Shown here: positions 40,001 to 55,000 of the stretch, piece by piece
How positions within the stretch are numbered: position 1 is the stretch's first letter
Layout: each line of letters opens with the position of its first letter
Source: Eledone cirrhosa
Lineage: Eukaryota
Direction: 5' to 3'
NCBI GenBank assembly: GCA_964016885.1
Contig: OZ024745.1
Coordinates: 81,096,001-81,160,000 of the forward strand
DNA length: 64,000 bases
Translations under genes and position numbers: made by a program
Notes under the pieces: generated by a model
Databases searched by the model: none
What the model saw: the letters and a program-made list of their open reading frames with translations, nothing else
Told to the model about the DNA's origin: nothing

Positions 40001-43000
40001 GAAGACTAAGAAGCCTAAGAAGATGAAGAAGACTAAGAAGACGAAGAAGACTAAGAAGACTAAGAAGACTGAGAAGACTGAGAAGACTAAGAAGACTAAG
40101 AAGACTAAGAAGACTAAGAAGACTAAGAAGCCTAAGAAGATGAAGAAGATGAAGAAGACTAAGAAGCCTAAGAAGACTAAGAAGATGAAGAAGATGAAGA
40201 AGACTAAGAAGACTAAGAAGATGAAGAAGACTAAGAAGTCTAAGAAGATGAAGAAGATGAAGAAGACTAAGAATACTAAGAAGACTAAGAAGATGAAGAA
40301 GACTAAGAAGATGAAGAAGACTAAGAAGCCTAAGAAGATGAAGAAGATGAAGAAGACAAAGAAGATGAAGAAGATGAAGAAGACTAAGAAGACTAAGAAG
40401 ACTAAGAAGACTAAGAAGATGAAGAAGACTAAGAAGATGAAGAAGACTAAGAAGCCTAAGAAGATGAAGAAGATGAAGAAGACTAAGAAGACTAAGAAGA
40501 TGAAGAAGACTAAGAAGACGAAGAAGACTAAGAAGATGAAGAAGATAAAGAAGACGAAGAAGACTAAGAAGACTAAGAAGCCTAAGAAGATGAAGAAGAT
40601 GAAGAAGACTAAGAAGACGAAGAAGACTAAGAAGCCTAAGAATATGAAGAAGACTAAGAAGACAAAGAAGACTAAGAAGCCTAAGAAGACAAAGAAGACT
40701 AAGAAGATGAAGAAGACTAAGAAGCCTAAGAAGACGAAGATGACTAAGAAGACGAAGAAGACGAAGAAGACGAAGAAGACGAAGAAGACTGAGAAGACTA
40801 AGAAGACGAAGATGACTAAGAAGACGAAGAAGACGAAGAAGAGGGAAGAAGACGAAGAAGACGAAGAAGACGAAGAAGACGAAGAAGACGAAGAAGACTG
40901 AGAAGACGAAGAAGACGAAGAAGACGAAGAAGATTGAGAAGACTAAGAAGACGAAGAAGACTGAGAAGACTAAGAAGACGAAGAAGACTAAGAAGCCTAA
41001 GAAGACAAAGAAGACAAAGAAGACAAAGAAGACTAAGAAGACGAAGAAGACTAAGAAGACTAAGAAGACGAAGATGACTAAGAAGAGGGAAGAAGACTAA
41101 GAAGACAAAGAAGACGAAGAAGACTAAGAAGACTAAGAAGACTAAGAAGACTGAGAAGACGAAGAAGACTAAGAAGACTAAGAAGACGAAGAAGACTAAG
41201 AAGACGAAGAAGACGAAGAAGACGAAGAAGACTAAGAAGACGAAGAAGACGAAGAAGACGAAGAAGACTAAGAAGACGAAGATGACTAAGAAGACTAAGA
41301 AGAGGTAAAAAGACTAAGAAGAGGAAGAAGACTAAGAAAACTACGAAGAGGGAAGAAGACTAAGAAGAGGAAGAAGACGAAGAAGACTAAGAAGACTAAG
41401 AAGAGGGAAGAAGACTAAGAAGACGAAGAAGAGGGAAGAAGACTAAGAAGAGGAAGAAGACGAAGAAGACTAAGAAGACTAAGAAGAGGGAAGAAGACGA
41501 AGAAGAGGGAAGAAGACTAAGAAGACTAAGAAGAGGGAAGAAGACTAAGAAGAGGGAAGAAGACTAAGAAGACTAAGAAGAGGGAAGAAGACTAAGAAGA
41601 GGGAAGAAGACTAAGAAGACTAAGAAGAGGGAAGAAGACTAAGAAGAGGGAAGAAGACTAAGAAGACTAAGAAGAGGGAAGAAGACTAAGAAGAGGAAGA
41701 AGACTAAGAAGACTAAGAAGACAAAGAAGAGGAAGAAGACTAAGAAGACAAAGAAGACGAAGAAGACGAAGAAGACTAAGAAGACTAAGAAGACTAAGAA
41801 GACTAAGAAGATGAAGAAGACGAAGAAGACGAAGAAGACGAAGAAGACGAAGATGACTAAGAAGACGAAGAAGACGAAGATGACTAAGAAGACGAAGAAG
41901 ACGAAGAAGACGAAGAAGACTCAGAAGACTAAGAAGAGGGAAGAAGACTAAGAAGACTAAGAAGAGGGAAGAAGACTAAGAAGAGGGAAGAAGACTAAGA
42001 AGACTAAGAAGAGGGAAGAAGACTAAGAAGAGGGAAGAAGACTAAGAAGACGAAGAAGACTAAGAAGAGGGAAGAAGATTAAGAAGAGGGAAGAAGACTA
42101 AGAAGAGGGAAGAAGACTAAGAAGACGAAGAAGAGGGAAGAAGACTCAGAAGACGAAGAAGAGGGAAGAAGACGAAGAAGACTAAGAAGACTAAGAAGAG
42201 GGAAGAAAACGAAGAAGAGGGAAGAAGACTAAGAAGAGGGAAGAAGAGGGAAGAAGACTAAGAAGAGGGAAGAAGACTAAGAAGACTAAGAAGAGGGAAG
42301 AAGACTAAGAAGACTAAGAAGAGGGAAGAAGACTAAGAAGACTAAGAAGACTAAGAAGAGGGAAGAAGACTAAGAAGAGGGAAGAAGACTAAGAAGACTA
42401 AGAAGAGGGAAGAAGACTAAGAAGAGGAAGAAGACTAAGAAGACGAAGAAGACTAAGAAGAGGGAAGAAGACTAAGAAGAGGGAAGAAGACTAAGAAGAC
42501 GAAGAAGAGGGAAGAAGACTAAGAAGTGGAAGAAGACGAAGAAGACTAAGAAGAGGGAAGAAGACGAAGAAGAGGGAAGAAGACCAAGAAGACTAAGAAG
42601 AGGGAAGAAGACTAAGAAGACTAAAAAGAGGGAAGAAGACTAAGAAGACTAAAAAGAGGGAAGAAGACTAAGAAGAGGGAAGAAGACTAAGAAGACTAAG
42701 AAGAGGGAAGAAGACTAAGAAGAGGAAGAAGACGAAGAAGACTAAGAAGACTAAGAAGAGGGAAGAAGACTAAGAAGACTAAGAAGACTAAGAAGACTAA
42801 GAAGAGGGAAGAAGACTAAGAAGAGGGAAGAAGACTAAGAAGAGGGAAGAAGACTAAGAAGAGGGAAGAAGACTAAGAAGACTAAGAAGAGGGAAGAAGA
42901 CTAAGAAGAGGAAGAAGACTAAGAAGACTAAGAAGACAAAGAAGACTAAGAAGACAAAGAAGACGAAGAAGACTAAGAAGACTAAGAAGACTAAGAAGAC

Positions 43001-46000
43001 TAAGAAGACTAAGAAGATGAAGAAGACGAAGAAGATGAAGATGACTAAGAAGACGAAGAAGACGAAGAAGACGAAGATGACTAAGAAGACAAAGAAGACG
43101 AAGAAGACGAAGAAGACTGAGAAGACTAAGAAGACGAAGATGACTAAGAAGACGAAGAAGACGAAGAAGACGAAGAAGACTGAGAAGACTAAGAAGACGA
43201 AGAAGACGAAGAAGACGAAGAAGACTGAGAAGACTAAGAAGACGAAGAAGACTAAGAAGCCTAAGAAGACAAAGAAGACAAAGAAGACTAAGAAGACAAA
43301 GAAGACAAAGAAGACAAAGAAGACAAAGAAGACTAAGAAGACGAAGAAGACTAAGAAGACTAAGAAGACGAAGATGACTAAGAAGAGGGAAGAAGACTAA
43401 GAAGACAAAGAAGACGAAGAAGACTAAGAAGACTAAGAAGACTAAGAAGACTGAGAAGACTAAGAAGACGAAGAAGACGAAGAAGACTAAGAAGACGAAG
43501 AAGACGAAGAAGACGAAGAAGACTAAGAAGACGAAGAAGACGAAGAAGACGAAGAAGACTAAGAAGACGAAGATGACTAAGAAGACTAAGAAGAGGTAAA
43601 AAGACTAAGAAGAGGAAGAAGACTAAGAAAACTACGAAGAGGGAAGAAGACTAAGAAGAGGAAGAAGACGAAGAAGACTAAGAAGACTAAGAAGAGGGAA
43701 GAAGACTAAGAAGACGAAGAAGAGGGAAGAAGACTAAGAAGAGGAAGAAGACGAAGAAGACTAAGAAGACTAAGAAGAGGGAAGAAGACGAAGAAGAGGG
43801 AAGAAGACTAAGAAGACTAAGAAGAGGGAAGAAGACTAAGAAGAGGGAAGAAGACTAAGAAGACTAAGAAGAGGGAAGAAGACTAAGAAGAGGGAAGAAG
43901 ACTAAGAAGACTAAGAAGAGGGAAGAAGACTAAGAAGAGGGAAGAAGACTAAGAAGAGGGAAGAAGACTAAGAAGACTAAGAAGAGGGAAGAAGACTAAG
44001 AAGAGGAAGAAGACGAAGAAGACTAAGAAGACTAAGAAGATGAAGACGAAGAAGACGAAGAAGACGAAGATGACTAAGAAGACGAAGAAGACGAATATGA
44101 CTAAGAAGACGAAGAAGACGAAGAAGACGAAGAAGACGAAGAAGACTCAGAAGACTAAGAAGAGGGAAGAAGACTAAGAAGACTAAGAAGAGGGAAGAAG
44201 ACTAAGAAGAGGGAAGAAGACTAAGAAGACTAAGAAGAGGGAAGAAGACTAAGAAGAGGGAAGAAGACTAAGAAGACGAAGAAGACTAAGAAGAGGGAAG
44301 AAGACTAAGAAGAGGGAAGAAGACTAAGAAGAGGGAAGAAGACTAAGAAGACGAAGAAGAGGGAAGAAGACTAAGAAGACGAAGAAGAGGGAAGAAGACG
44401 AAGAAGACTAAGAAGACTAAGAAGAGGGAAGAAAACGAAGAAGAGGGAAGAAGACTAAGAAGAGGGAAGAAGAGGGAAGAAGACTAAGAAGAGGGAAGAA
44501 GACTAAGAAGACTAAGAAGAGGGAAGAAGACTAAGAAGACTAAGAAGAGGGAAGAAGACTAAGAAGACTAAGAAGACTAAGAAGAGGGAAGAAGACTAAG
44601 AAGACTAAGAAGAGGGAAGAAGACTAAGAAGAGGAAGAAGACTAAGAAGACGAAGAAGACTAAGAAGAGGGAAGAAGACTAAGAAGAGGGAAGAAGACTA
44701 AGAAGACGAAGAAGAGGGAAGAAGACTAAGAAGTGGAAGAAGACTAAGAAGACTAAGAAGAGGGAAGAAGACTAAGAAGAGGGAAGAAGACTAAGAAGAC
44801 TAAGAAGAGGGAAGAAGACTAAGAAGAGGAAGAAGACGAAGAAGACTAAGAAGACTAAGAAGAGGGAAGAAGACTAAGAAGACTAAGAAGACTAAGAAGA
44901 CTAAGAAGAGGGAAGAAGACTAAGAAGAGGGAAGAAGACTAAGAAGAGGGAAGAAGACTAAGAAGAGGGAAGAAGACTAAGAAGACTAAGAAGAGGGAAG
45001 AAGACTAAGAAGAGGAAGAAGACTAAGAAGACTAAGAAGACAAAGAAGACTAAGAAGACAAAGAAGACGAAGAAGACGAAGAAGACTAAGAAGACTAAGA
45101 AGACTAAGAAGACTAAGAAGACTAAGAAGACTAAGAAGATGAAGAAGACGAAGAAGATGAAGATGACTAAGAAGACGAAGAAGACGAAGATGACAAAGAA
45201 GACTGAGAAGACTAAGAAGACGAAGATGACTAAGAAGACGAAGAAGACGAAGAAGACGAAGAAGACTGAGAAGACTGAGAAGACTAAGAAGACGAAGAAG
45301 ACGAAGAAGACGTAGAAGACGAAGAAGACGTAGAAGACGAAGAAGACTGAGAAGACTAAGAAGACGAAGAAGACTAAGAAGCCTAAGAAGACAAAGAAGA
45401 CAAAGAAGACTAAGAAGACAAAGAAGACAAAGAAGACAAAGAAGACTAAGAAGACGAAGAAGACTAAGAAGACGAAGAAGACTAAGAAGACTAAGAAGAC
45501 GAAGATGACTAAGAAGAGGGAAGAAGACTAAGAAGACAAAGAAGACGAAGAAGACTAAGAAGACTAAGAAGACTAAGAAGACTGAGAAGACGAAGAAGAC
45601 TAAGAAGACTAAGAAGACGAAGAAGACTAAGAAGACGAAGAAGACGAAGAAGACGAAGAAGACGAAGAAGACGAAGAAGACTAAGAAGACGAAGAAGACG
45701 AAGAAGACGAAGAAGACTAAGAAGACGAAGATGACTAAGAAGACTAAGAAGAGGTAAAAAGACTAAGAAGAGGAAGAAGACTAAGAAAACTACGAAGAGG
45801 GAAGAAGACTAAGAAGAGGAAGAAGACGAAGAAGACTAAGAAGACTAAGAAGAGGGAAGAAGACTAAGAAGACGAAGAAGAGGGAAGAAGACTAAGAAGA
45901 GGAAGAAGACGAAGAAGACTAAGAAGACTAAGAAGAGGGAAGAAGACGAAGAAGAGGGAAGAAGACTAAGAAGACTAAGAAGAGGGAAGAAGACTAAGAA

Positions 46001-49000
46001 GAGGGAAGAAGACTAAGAAGACTAAGAAGAGGGAAGAAGACTAAGAAGAGGGAAGAAGACTAAGAAGACTAAGAAGAGGGAAGAAGACTAAGAAGAGGGA
46101 AGAAGACTAAGAAGAGGGAAGAAGACTAAGAAGACTAAGAAGACTAAGAAGACAAAGAAGACGAAGAAGACTAAGAAGACAAAGAAGACGAAGAAGACGA
46201 AGAAGACGAAGAAGACTAAGAAGACTAAGAAGACTAAGAAGACTAAGAAGATGAAGAAGACGAAGAAGACGAAGAAGACGAAGAAGACGAAGATGACTAA
46301 GAAGACGAAGAAGACGAAGATGACTAAGAAGACGAAGAAGACTCAGAAGACTAAGAAGAGGGAAGAAGACTAAGAAGACTAAGAAGAGGGAAGAAGACTA
46401 AGAAGAGGGAAGAAGACTAAGAAGACTAAGAAGAGGGAAGAAGACTAAGAAGAGGGAAGAAGACTAAGAAGACGAAGAAGAGGGAAGAAGACTAAGAAGA
46501 GGGAAGAAGACTAAGAAGACGAAGAAGAGGGAAGAAGACGAAGAAGACTAAGAAGACTAAGAAGAGGGAAGAAAACGAAGAAGAGGGAAGAAGACTAAGA
46601 AGAGGGAAGAAGAGGGAAGAAGACTAAGAAGAGGGAAGAAGACTAAGAAGACTAAGAAGAGGGAAGAAGACTAAGAAGACTAAGAAGAGGGAAGAAGACT
46701 AAGAAGACTAAGAAGACTAAGAAGAGGGAAGAAGACTAAGAAGAGGGAAGAAGACTAAGAAGACTAAGAAGAGGGAAGAAGACTAAGAAGAGGAAGAGGT
46801 CTAAGAAGACGAAGAAGACTAAGAAGAGGGAAGAAGACTAAGAAGAGGGAAGAAGACTAAGAAGACGAAGAAGAGGGAAGAAGACTAAGAAGTGGAAGAA
46901 GACGAAGAAGACTAAGAAGAGGGAAGAAGACGAAGAAGAGGGAAGAAGACCAAGAAGACTAAGAAGAGGGAAGAAGACTAAGAAGACTAAGAAGAGGGAA
47001 GAAGACTAAGAAGAGGGAAGAAGACTAAGAAGAGGGAAGAAGACTAAGAAGACTAAGAAGAGGGAAGAAGACTAAGAAGAGGAAGAAGACGAAGAAGACT
47101 AAGAAGACTAAGAAGAGGGAAGAATAAGAAGACTAAGAAGACTAAGAAGACTAAGAAGAGGGAAGAAGACTAAGAAGACTAAGAAGAGGGAAGAAGACTA
47201 AGAAGAGGGAAGAAGACTAAGAAGACTAAGAAGAGGGAAGAAGACTAAGAAGAGGGAAGAAGACTAAGAAGAGGGAAGAAGACTAAGAAGACTAAGAAGA
47301 GGGAAGAAGACTAAGAAGAGGAAGAAGACTAAGAAGACTAAGAAGACAAAGAAGACGAAGAAGACTAAGAAGACAAAGAAGACGAAGAAGACTAAGAAGA
47401 CTAAGAAGATGAAGAAGACGAAGAAGACGAAGAAGACGAAGAAGACGAAGATGACTAAGAAGACGAAGAAGACGAAGATGACTAAGAAGACGAAGAAGAC
47501 GAAGAAGACGAAGAAGACTCAGAAGACTAAGAAGAGGGAAGAAGACTAAGAAGACTAAGAAGAGGGAAGAAGACTAAGAAGACTAAGAAGAGGGAAGAAG
47601 ACTAAGAAGAGGGAAGAAGACTAAGAAGACTAAGAAGAGGGAAGAAGACTAAGAAGAGGGAAGAAGACTAAGAAGACGAAGAAGAGGGAAGAAGACTAAG
47701 AAGACGAAGAAGAGGGAAGAAGACGAAGAAGACTAAGAAGACTAAGAAGAGGGAAGAAAACGAAGAAGAGGGAAGAAGACTAAGAAGAGGGAAGAAGAGG
47801 GAAGAAGACTAAGAAGAGGGAAGAAGACTAAGAAGACTAAGAAGAGGGAAGAAGACTAAGAAGACTAAGAAGAGGGAAGAAGACTAAGAAGACTAAGAAG
47901 ACTAAGAAGAGGGAAGAAGACTAAGAAGAGGGAAGAAGACTAAGAAGACTAAGAAGAGGGAAGAAGACTAAGAAGACTAAGAAGAGGGAAGAAGACTAAG
48001 AAGAGGAAGAAGACTAAGAAGACGAAGAAGACTAAGAAGAGGGAAGAAGACTAAGAAGAGGGAAGAAGACTAAGAAGACGAAGAAGAGGGAAGAAGACTA
48101 AGAAGTGGAAGAAGACGAAGAAGAGGGAAGAAGACCAAGAAGACTAAGAAGAGGGCAGAAGACTAAGAAGACTAAGAAGAGGGAAGAAGACTAAGAAGAG
48201 GGAAGAAGACTAAGAAGACTAAGAAGACTAAGAAGAGGGAAGAAGACTAAGAAGAGGAAGAAGACGAAGAAGACTAAGAAGACTAAGAAGAGGGAAGAAG
48301 ACTAAGAAGACTAAGAAGACTAAGAAGACTAAGAAGAGGGAAGAAGACTAAGAAGAGGGAAGAAGACTAAGAAGAGGGAAGAAGACTAAGAAGAGGGAAG
48401 AAGACTAAGAAGACTAAGAAGAGGGAAGAAGACTAAGAAGAGGAAGAAGACTAAGAAGACTAAGAAGACAAAGAAGACTAAGAAGACTAAGAAGACAAAG
48501 AAGACGAAGAAGACGAAGAAGACTAAGAAGACTAAGAAGACTAAGAAGATGAAGAAGACGAAGAAGATGAAGATGACTAAGAAGACGAAGAAGACGAAGA
48601 AGACGAAGATGACTAAGAAGACAAAGAAGACGAAGAAGACGAAGAAGACTGAGAAGACTAAGAAGACGAAGATGACTAAGAAGACGAAGAAGACGAAGAA
48701 GACGAAGAAGACTGAGAAGACTAAGAAGACGAAGAAGACGAAGAAGACGAAGAAGACGAAGAAGACTGAGAAGACGAAGAAGACTAAGAAGACGAAGAAG
48801 ACTAAGAAGACTAAGAAGACGAAGATGACTAAGAAGAGGGAAGAAGACTAAGAAGACAAAGAAGACGAAGAAGACTAAGAAGAGGGAAGAAGACGAAGAA
48901 GACTAAGAAGACTAAGAAGACGAAGAAGACTAAGAAGAGGGAAGAAGACTAAGAAGACAAAGAAGACGAAGAAGACTAAGAAGACTAATAAGAAGAAGAA

Positions 49001-52000
49001 GACTAAGAAGACGAAGAAGACTAAGAAGACGAAGAAGACGAAGAAGACGAAGAAGACGAAGAAGACGAAGAAGACGAAGAAGACTAAGAAGACTAAGAAG
49101 ACTAAGAAGACGAAGATGACTAAGAAGACTAAGAAGAGGGAAGAAGACTAAGAAGAGGAAGAAGACTAAGAAGACTAAGAAGATGAAGAAGACGAAGACG
49201 AAGATGACTAAGAAGACGAAGATGACTAAGAAGACGAAGAAGACGAAGAAGACGAAGAAGACTAAGAAGACGAAGATGACTAAGAAGAGGGAAGAAGACT
49301 AAGAAGAGGAAGAAGACTAAGAAGACGAAGAAGACTAAGAAGAGGGAAGAAGACTAAGAAGAGGGAAGAAGACTAAGAAGAGGGAAGAAGACTAAGAAGA
49401 CGAAGAAGAGGGAAGAAGACTAAGAAGACGAAGAAGAGGGAAGAAGACTAAGAAGAGGAAGACGAAGAAGACTAAGAAGACTAAGAAGAGGGAAGAAGAC
49501 GAAGAAGAGGGAAGAAGACTAAGAAGACTAAGAAGAGGGAAGAAGACTAAGAAGACTAAGAAGAGGGAAGAAGACTAAGAAGACGAAGAAGACGAAGAAG
49601 ACGAAGAAGACGAAGAAGACGAAGATGACTAAGAAGACGAAGAAGACGAAGATGACTAAGAAGACGAAGAAGACGAAGAAGACGAAGAAGACGAAGAAGA
49701 CGAAGAAGACGAAGAAGACGAAGAAGACTGAGAAGACGAAGAAGACGAAGAAGACGAAGAAGACTGAGAAGACTAAGAAGACGAAGATGACTAAGAAGAC
49801 GAAGAAGACGAAGAAGACGAAGAAGACGAAGAAGACGAAGAAGACTGAGAAGACTGAGAAGACTAAGAAGACGAAGAAGACGAAGAAGACGAAGAAGACG
49901 AAGAAGACGAAGAAGACTGAGAAGACTAAGAAGACGAAGAAGACGAAGAAGACGAAGAAGACGAAGAAGACGAAGAAGACTGAGAAGACTAAGAAGACTG
50001 AGAAGACTAAGAAGACTAAGAAGACGAAGAAGACGAAGAAGACGAAGAAGACGAAGAAGACGAAGAAGACGAAGAAGACGAAGAAGAGGGAAGAAGACTA
50101 AGAAGACTAAGAAGAGGGAAGAAGACTAAGAAGACTAAGAAGAGGGAAGAAGACTAAGAAGAGGAAGAAGACGAAGAAGACTAAGAAGACTAAGAAGAGG
50201 GAAGAAGACTAAGAAGAGGAAGAAGACTAAGAAGACGAAGAAGACTAAGAAGAGGGAAGAAGACTAAGAAGAGGGAAGAAGACTAAGAAGACGAAGAAGA
50301 GGGAAGAAGACTAAGAAGAGGAAGAAGACGAAGAAGACTAAGAAGACTAAGAAGACGAAGAAGACTAAGAAGAGGGAAGAAGACTAAGAAGAGGGAAGAA
50401 GACTAAGAAGAGGGAAGAAGACTAAGAAGACGAAGAAGAGGGAAGAAGACTAAGAAGAGGAAGAAGACGAAGAAGACTAAGAAGAGGGAAGAAGACGAAG
50501 AAGAGGGAAGAAGACTAAGAAGACTAAGAAGAGGGAAGAAGACTAAGAAGAGGGAAGAAGACTAAGAAGACTAAGAAGAGAGAAGAAGACTAAGAAGACT
50601 AAGAAGAGGGAAGAAGACTAAGAAGACTAAGAAGAGGGAAGAAGACTAAGAAGAGGAAGAAGACTAAGAAGAGGGAAGAAGACTAAGAAGAGGGAAGAAG
50701 ACTAAGAAGAGGGAAGAAGACTAAGAAGACTAAGAAGAGGGAAGAAGACTAAGAAGACTAAGAAGAGGGAAGAAGACTAAGAAGAGGGAAGAAGACTAAG
50801 AAGAGGGAAGAAGACTAAGAAGAGGGAAGAAGACTAAGAAGACTAAGAAGAGGGAAGAAGACTAAGAAGAGGAAGAAGACTAAGAAGAGGAAGAAGACTA
50901 AGAAGACTAAGAAGACAAAGAAGACGAAGAAGACTAAGAAGACAAAGAAGACGAAGAAGACGAAGAAGACTAAGAAGACTAAGAAGACTAAGAAGATGAA
51001 GAAGACGAAGAAGACGAAGAAGACGAAGAAGACGAAGAAGACGAAGAAGACGAAGAAGACGAAGATGACTAAGAAGACGAAGAAGACGAAGAAGACGAAG
51101 AAGACGAAGAAGACTGAGAAGACTAAGAAGACGAAGAAGACGAAGAAGACTAAGAAGACTAAGAAGACTGAGAAGACTAAGAAGACTGAGAAGACTAAGA
51201 AGACGAAGAAGACTAAGAAGCCTAAGAAGACAAAGAAGACAAAGAAGACAAAGAAGACAAAGAAGACGAAGAAGACTAAGAAGACTAAGAAGATGAAGAT
51301 GACTAAGAAGAGGGAAGAAGACGAAGAAGACTAAGAAGACTAAGAAGACTAAGAAGACGAAGAAGACTAAGAAGACTAAGAAGACTAAGAAGACGAAGAA
51401 GACTAAGAAGACTAAGAAGACGAAGAAGACTAAGAAGACGAAGAAGACGAAGAAGACGAAGAAGACGAAGAAGACGAAGAAGACTAAGAAGACTAAGAAG
51501 ACGAAGATGACTAAGAAGACTAAGAAGAGGGAAGAAGAGGGAAGAAGACTAAGAAGAGGAAGAAGACTAAGAAGACTAAGAAGACTAAGAAGAGGGAAGA
51601 AGACTAAGAAGAGGGAAGAAGACTAAGAAGACGAAGAAGAGGCAAGAAGACCAAGAAGAGGAAGAAGATGAAGAAGACTAAGAAGACTAAGAAGAGGGAA
51701 GAAGACTAAAAAGAGGGAAGAAGACTAAGAAGACGAAGAAGAAGGAAGAAGAACAAGAAGAGGAAGAAGACGAAGAAGACTAAGAAGACTAAGAAGAGGG
51801 AAGAAGACGAAGAAGAGGGAAGAAGACTAAGAAGACTAAGAAGAGGGAAGAAGACTAAGAAGAGCGAAGAAGACTAAGAAGACTAAGAAGAGGGAAGAAG
51901 ACTAAGAAGAGGGAAGAAGACTAAGAAGACGAAGAAGAGGGAAGAAGACCAAGAAGAGGAAGAAGACGAAGAAGACTAAGAAGACTAAGAAGAGGGAAGA

Positions 52001-55000
52001 AGACTAAGAAGAGGAAGAAGACGAAGAAGACTAAGAAGAGGGAAGAAGACTAAGAAGAGGGAAGAAGACTAAGAAGACTAAGAAGAGGGAAGAAGACTAA
52101 GAAGAGGGAAGAAGACTAAGAAGACTAAGAAGAGGGAAGAAGACTAAGAAGAGGAAGAAGACTAAGAAGACTAAGAAGACAAAGAAGACGAAGAAGACTA
52201 AGAAGACAAAGAAGACAAAGAAGACGAAGAAGACAAAGAAGACGAAGAAGACGAAGAAGACTAAGAAGACTAAGAAGACTAAGAAGATGAAGAAGACGAA
52301 GACGAAGATGATTAAGAAGACGAAGATGACTAAGAAGACGAAGAAGACGAAGAAGACGAAGAAGACTAAGAAGACTAAGAAGACTAAGAAGACGAAGATG
52401 ACTAAGAAGACTAAGAAGAGGGAAGAAGACTAAGAAGAGGAAGAAGACTAAGAAGACGAAGAAGACTAAGAAGAGGGAAGAAGACTAAGAAGAGGGAAGA
52501 AGACTAAGAAGACGAAGAAGAGGGAAGAAGACTAAGAAGAGGAAGAAGACGAAGAAGACTAATAAGACTAATAAGAGGGAAGAAGACGAAGAAGAGGGAA
52601 GAAGACTAAGAAGAGGGAAGAAGACTAAGAAGAGGGAAGAAGACTAAGAAGAGGGAAGAAGACTAAGAAGACTAAGATGAGGGAAGAAGACTAAGAAGAC
52701 TAAGAAGACAAAGAAGACAAAGAAGACTAAGAAGATGAAGAAGACGAAGAAGACGAAGATGACTAAGAAGACAAAGAAGACGAAGATGACTAAGAAGACG
52801 AAGAAGACGAAGAAGACGAAGAAGACTAAGAAGACTAAGAAGACTAAGAAGACTAAGAAGACTAAGAAGACTAAGAAGACTGAGAAGACTAAGACGACTA
52901 AGAAGACTAAGAAGACGAAGAAGACGAAGAAGACGAAGAAGACGAAGAAGACGAAGAAGACGAAGCAGACTAAGAAGAGGGAAGAAGACTAAGAAGACTA
53001 AGAAGAGGGAAGAAGACTAAGAAGAGGAAGAAGACGAAGAAGACTAAGAAGACTAAGAAGAGGGAAGAAGACTAAGAAGAGGGAAGAAGACTAAGAAGAC
53101 TAAGAAGAGGGAAGAAGACTAAGAAGAGGAAGAAGACTAAGAAGACTAAGAAGACAAAGAAGACGAAGAAGACTAAGAAGACAAAGAAGACGAAGAAGAC
53201 TAAGAAGACTAAGAAGACTAAGAAGACAAAGAAGACGAAGAAGACGAAGAAGACTAAGAAGACTAAGAAGACTAAGAAGACTAAGAAGACTAAGAAGACT
53301 AAGAAGACGCAGACGAAGATGACTAAGAAGACGAAGATGACTAAGAAGACGAAGAAGACGAAGAAGACGAAGAAGACGAAGAAGACTAAGAAGACGAAGA
53401 TGACTAAGAAGACTAAGAAGAGGGAAGAAGACTAAGAAGAGGAAGAAGACTAAGAAGAGGAAGAAGACTAAGAAGACGAAGAAGACTAAGAAGAGGGAAG
53501 AAGACTAAGAAGAGGGAAGAAGACTAAGAAGACGAAGAAGAGGGAAGAAGACTAAGAAGAGGAAGAAGACGAAGAAGACTAAGAAGACTAAGAAGTGGGA
53601 AGAAGACAAAGAAGAGGGAAGAAGACTAAGAAGACTAAGAAGAGGGAAGAAGACTAAGAAGAGGGAAGAAGACTAAGAAGACTAAGAAGACAAAGAAGAC
53701 AAAGAAGACTAAGAAGATGAAGAAGACGAAGAAGACGAAGATGACTAAGAAGACGAAGAAGACGAAGAAGACGAAGAAGACGAAGAAGACGAAGAAGACG
53801 AAGAAGACGAAGAAGACTAAGAAGACTAAGAAGACTAAGAAGACTAAGAAGACTAAGAAGACTAAGAAGACTAAGAAGACTAAGAAGACTAAGAAGACTA
53901 AGAAGCCTAAGAAGCCTAAGAAGCCTAAGAAGACTAAGAAGACTAAGAAAACGAAGAAGACGAACAAGACTAAGAAGACTAAGAAGACGAAGAAGACGAA
54001 GACGAAGACGAAGAAGATGAAGACGAAGACGAAGAAGAAGACGAAGAAGAAGACTAAGACTAAGACGAAGACGAAGAAGACTAAGAAGATGAAGACTAAG
54101 AAGACGAATAAGACGAAGACGAAGAAGACTAAGACGAAGACTAAGACGAATAAGATGAAGATGAAGAAGACTAAGAGAAAGACTAAGACGAAGAAGACGA
54201 AGAAGACGAAGAAGACGAAGACGAAGAAGACGAAGAAGACGAAGACTAAGACGAATACGAAGAAGACTAAGACTAAGACGAAGAAGACTAAGACTAAGAC
54301 GAAGAAGACTAAGACGAAGAAGACGAAGACGAAGAAGACTAAGACTAAGATGAAGAAGACTAATACGAAGAAGACTAAGATGAAGATGAAGCAGACTAAT
54401 ACGAAGACGAAGAAGACGAAGAGGAAGAAGACAAAGACTAAGATGAAGGAGACTAATACGAAGACTAAGAAGACGAAGACAAAGAAGACGAAGACGACGA
54501 AGACGACGAAGAAGATGAAGACGAAGACGACGAAGACGAAAACTAAGACGAATACGAAGAAGACTAAGAGGAAGATGAAGAAGACTAAGACGAAGAAGAC
54601 TAAGACTAAGAAGACTAAGACTAAGACGAAGACTAAGACTAAGAAGACTAAGATGAAGAAGACTAAGACGAAGACTAAGACTAAGAAGACTAAGACTAAG
54701 ACGAAGACTAAGAAGACGAAGACTAAGACGAAGAAGACTAAGACGAAGAAGACTAAGAGGAAGATGAAGAAGACTAAGACGAAGAAGACTAAGACGAAGA
54801 AGACTAAGACGAAGAGTAAGACTAAGACGAAGAAGACTAAGACTAAGACGAAGACTAAGACTAAGACGAAGACTAAGACTAAGACGAAGACTAAGACTAA
54901 GACGAAGACTAAGACTAAGACGAAGACTAAGACTAAGACGAAGACTAAGAAGACGAAGAAGAAGACGAAGAAGAAAACAAAGAAGAAGACGAAGAAGAAG

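Noticed and set aside
37925-40730. CCTAAG (TTAGGC) variants as telomeric repeats
   Set aside because: Single-base variants of the GACTAA unit, interspersed and never tandem
37956-40901. 981-aa Lys/Thr-rich ORF (also 53717-55360 and the antisense Phe/Leu/Val ORFs)
   Set aside because: Translation of a 9-bp satellite in its stop-free frame; the frame is broken repeatedly by 10-nt units; it lies in a MAN2C1 intron
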